A stretch of DNA of 64,000 nucleotides, from contig CAWDPO010000020.1 in the NCBI GenBank assembly GCA_963804165.1, positions 27,291 to 91,290 on the forward strand, read 5' to 3'. The notes under the pieces were generated by a model that was given only the letters and a program-made list of their open reading frames with translations, ran no database searches and had not been told where the DNA came from. The position numbers and the translations under genes were made by a program. Shown here piece after piece: positions 63,981 through 64,000 of this stretch (positions within the stretch are counted from its first letter, which is position 1; each line of letters opens with the position of its first letter). The stretch is from an uncultured delta proteobacterium. Its GTDB lineage: Bacteria > Desulfobacterota > Binatia > UBA9968.

Positions 63981-64000
63981 TTGACAAAGCTTTCATAGAT

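Larger units (their letters stand above)
62684..64000 (+). mobile_element. IS110-family (IS1111-type) element, copy 2; right end at the window edge
   Basis: Same ends as copy 1 (TGA-TTAATATGAAAGCG ... CTTGACAAAGCTTTCATAGAT); left flank TGTCATTC. Confidence 0.93.

Overview
This is a 64 kb bacterial chromosomal window. Gene content and order suggest a deltaproteobacteria-like lineage, plausibly Binatota/Binatia (inference). Core genes include infC-rpmI-rplT-pheST-ihfA-merR-tRNA-Pro, nadE, pcm-nlpD-apt-nuoI-thiC, purC, pilT-pilU, frdABCD, udgB and thrC, interleaved with accessory DNA. Highlights: (1) Two IS110/IS1111-type elements are both inserted at the TGA of GTCATnCTGAG REP palindromes, and their downstream non-coding RNAs carry target-guide segments that co-vary with each copy's own insertion site, an apparent natural re-targeting of a bridge/seek RNA. 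(2) A DUF2294/MpsC gene is followed by a strong promoter, a structured leader with a terminator, an unannotated 34-aa membrane peptide and a second structured RNA ahead of purC. (3) An ArsC/Spx-like gene has an in-frame TGA in a UxxC motif, so it is a probable selenoprotein. (4) A DUF2235 hydrolase-metallophosphoesterase-CHAT (caspase-like) cassette is bracketed by inverted copies of a MITE-like repeat. (5) Three tandem, internally duplicated uncharacterised paralogues follow pilT/pilU. (6) There is a collapsed flagellar-gene relic, and a TA module lies between duplicated gene ends. Many genes beyond about 51 kb are frameshifted, which may be sequencing error. All family calls come from motif recognition by eye, not database searches.
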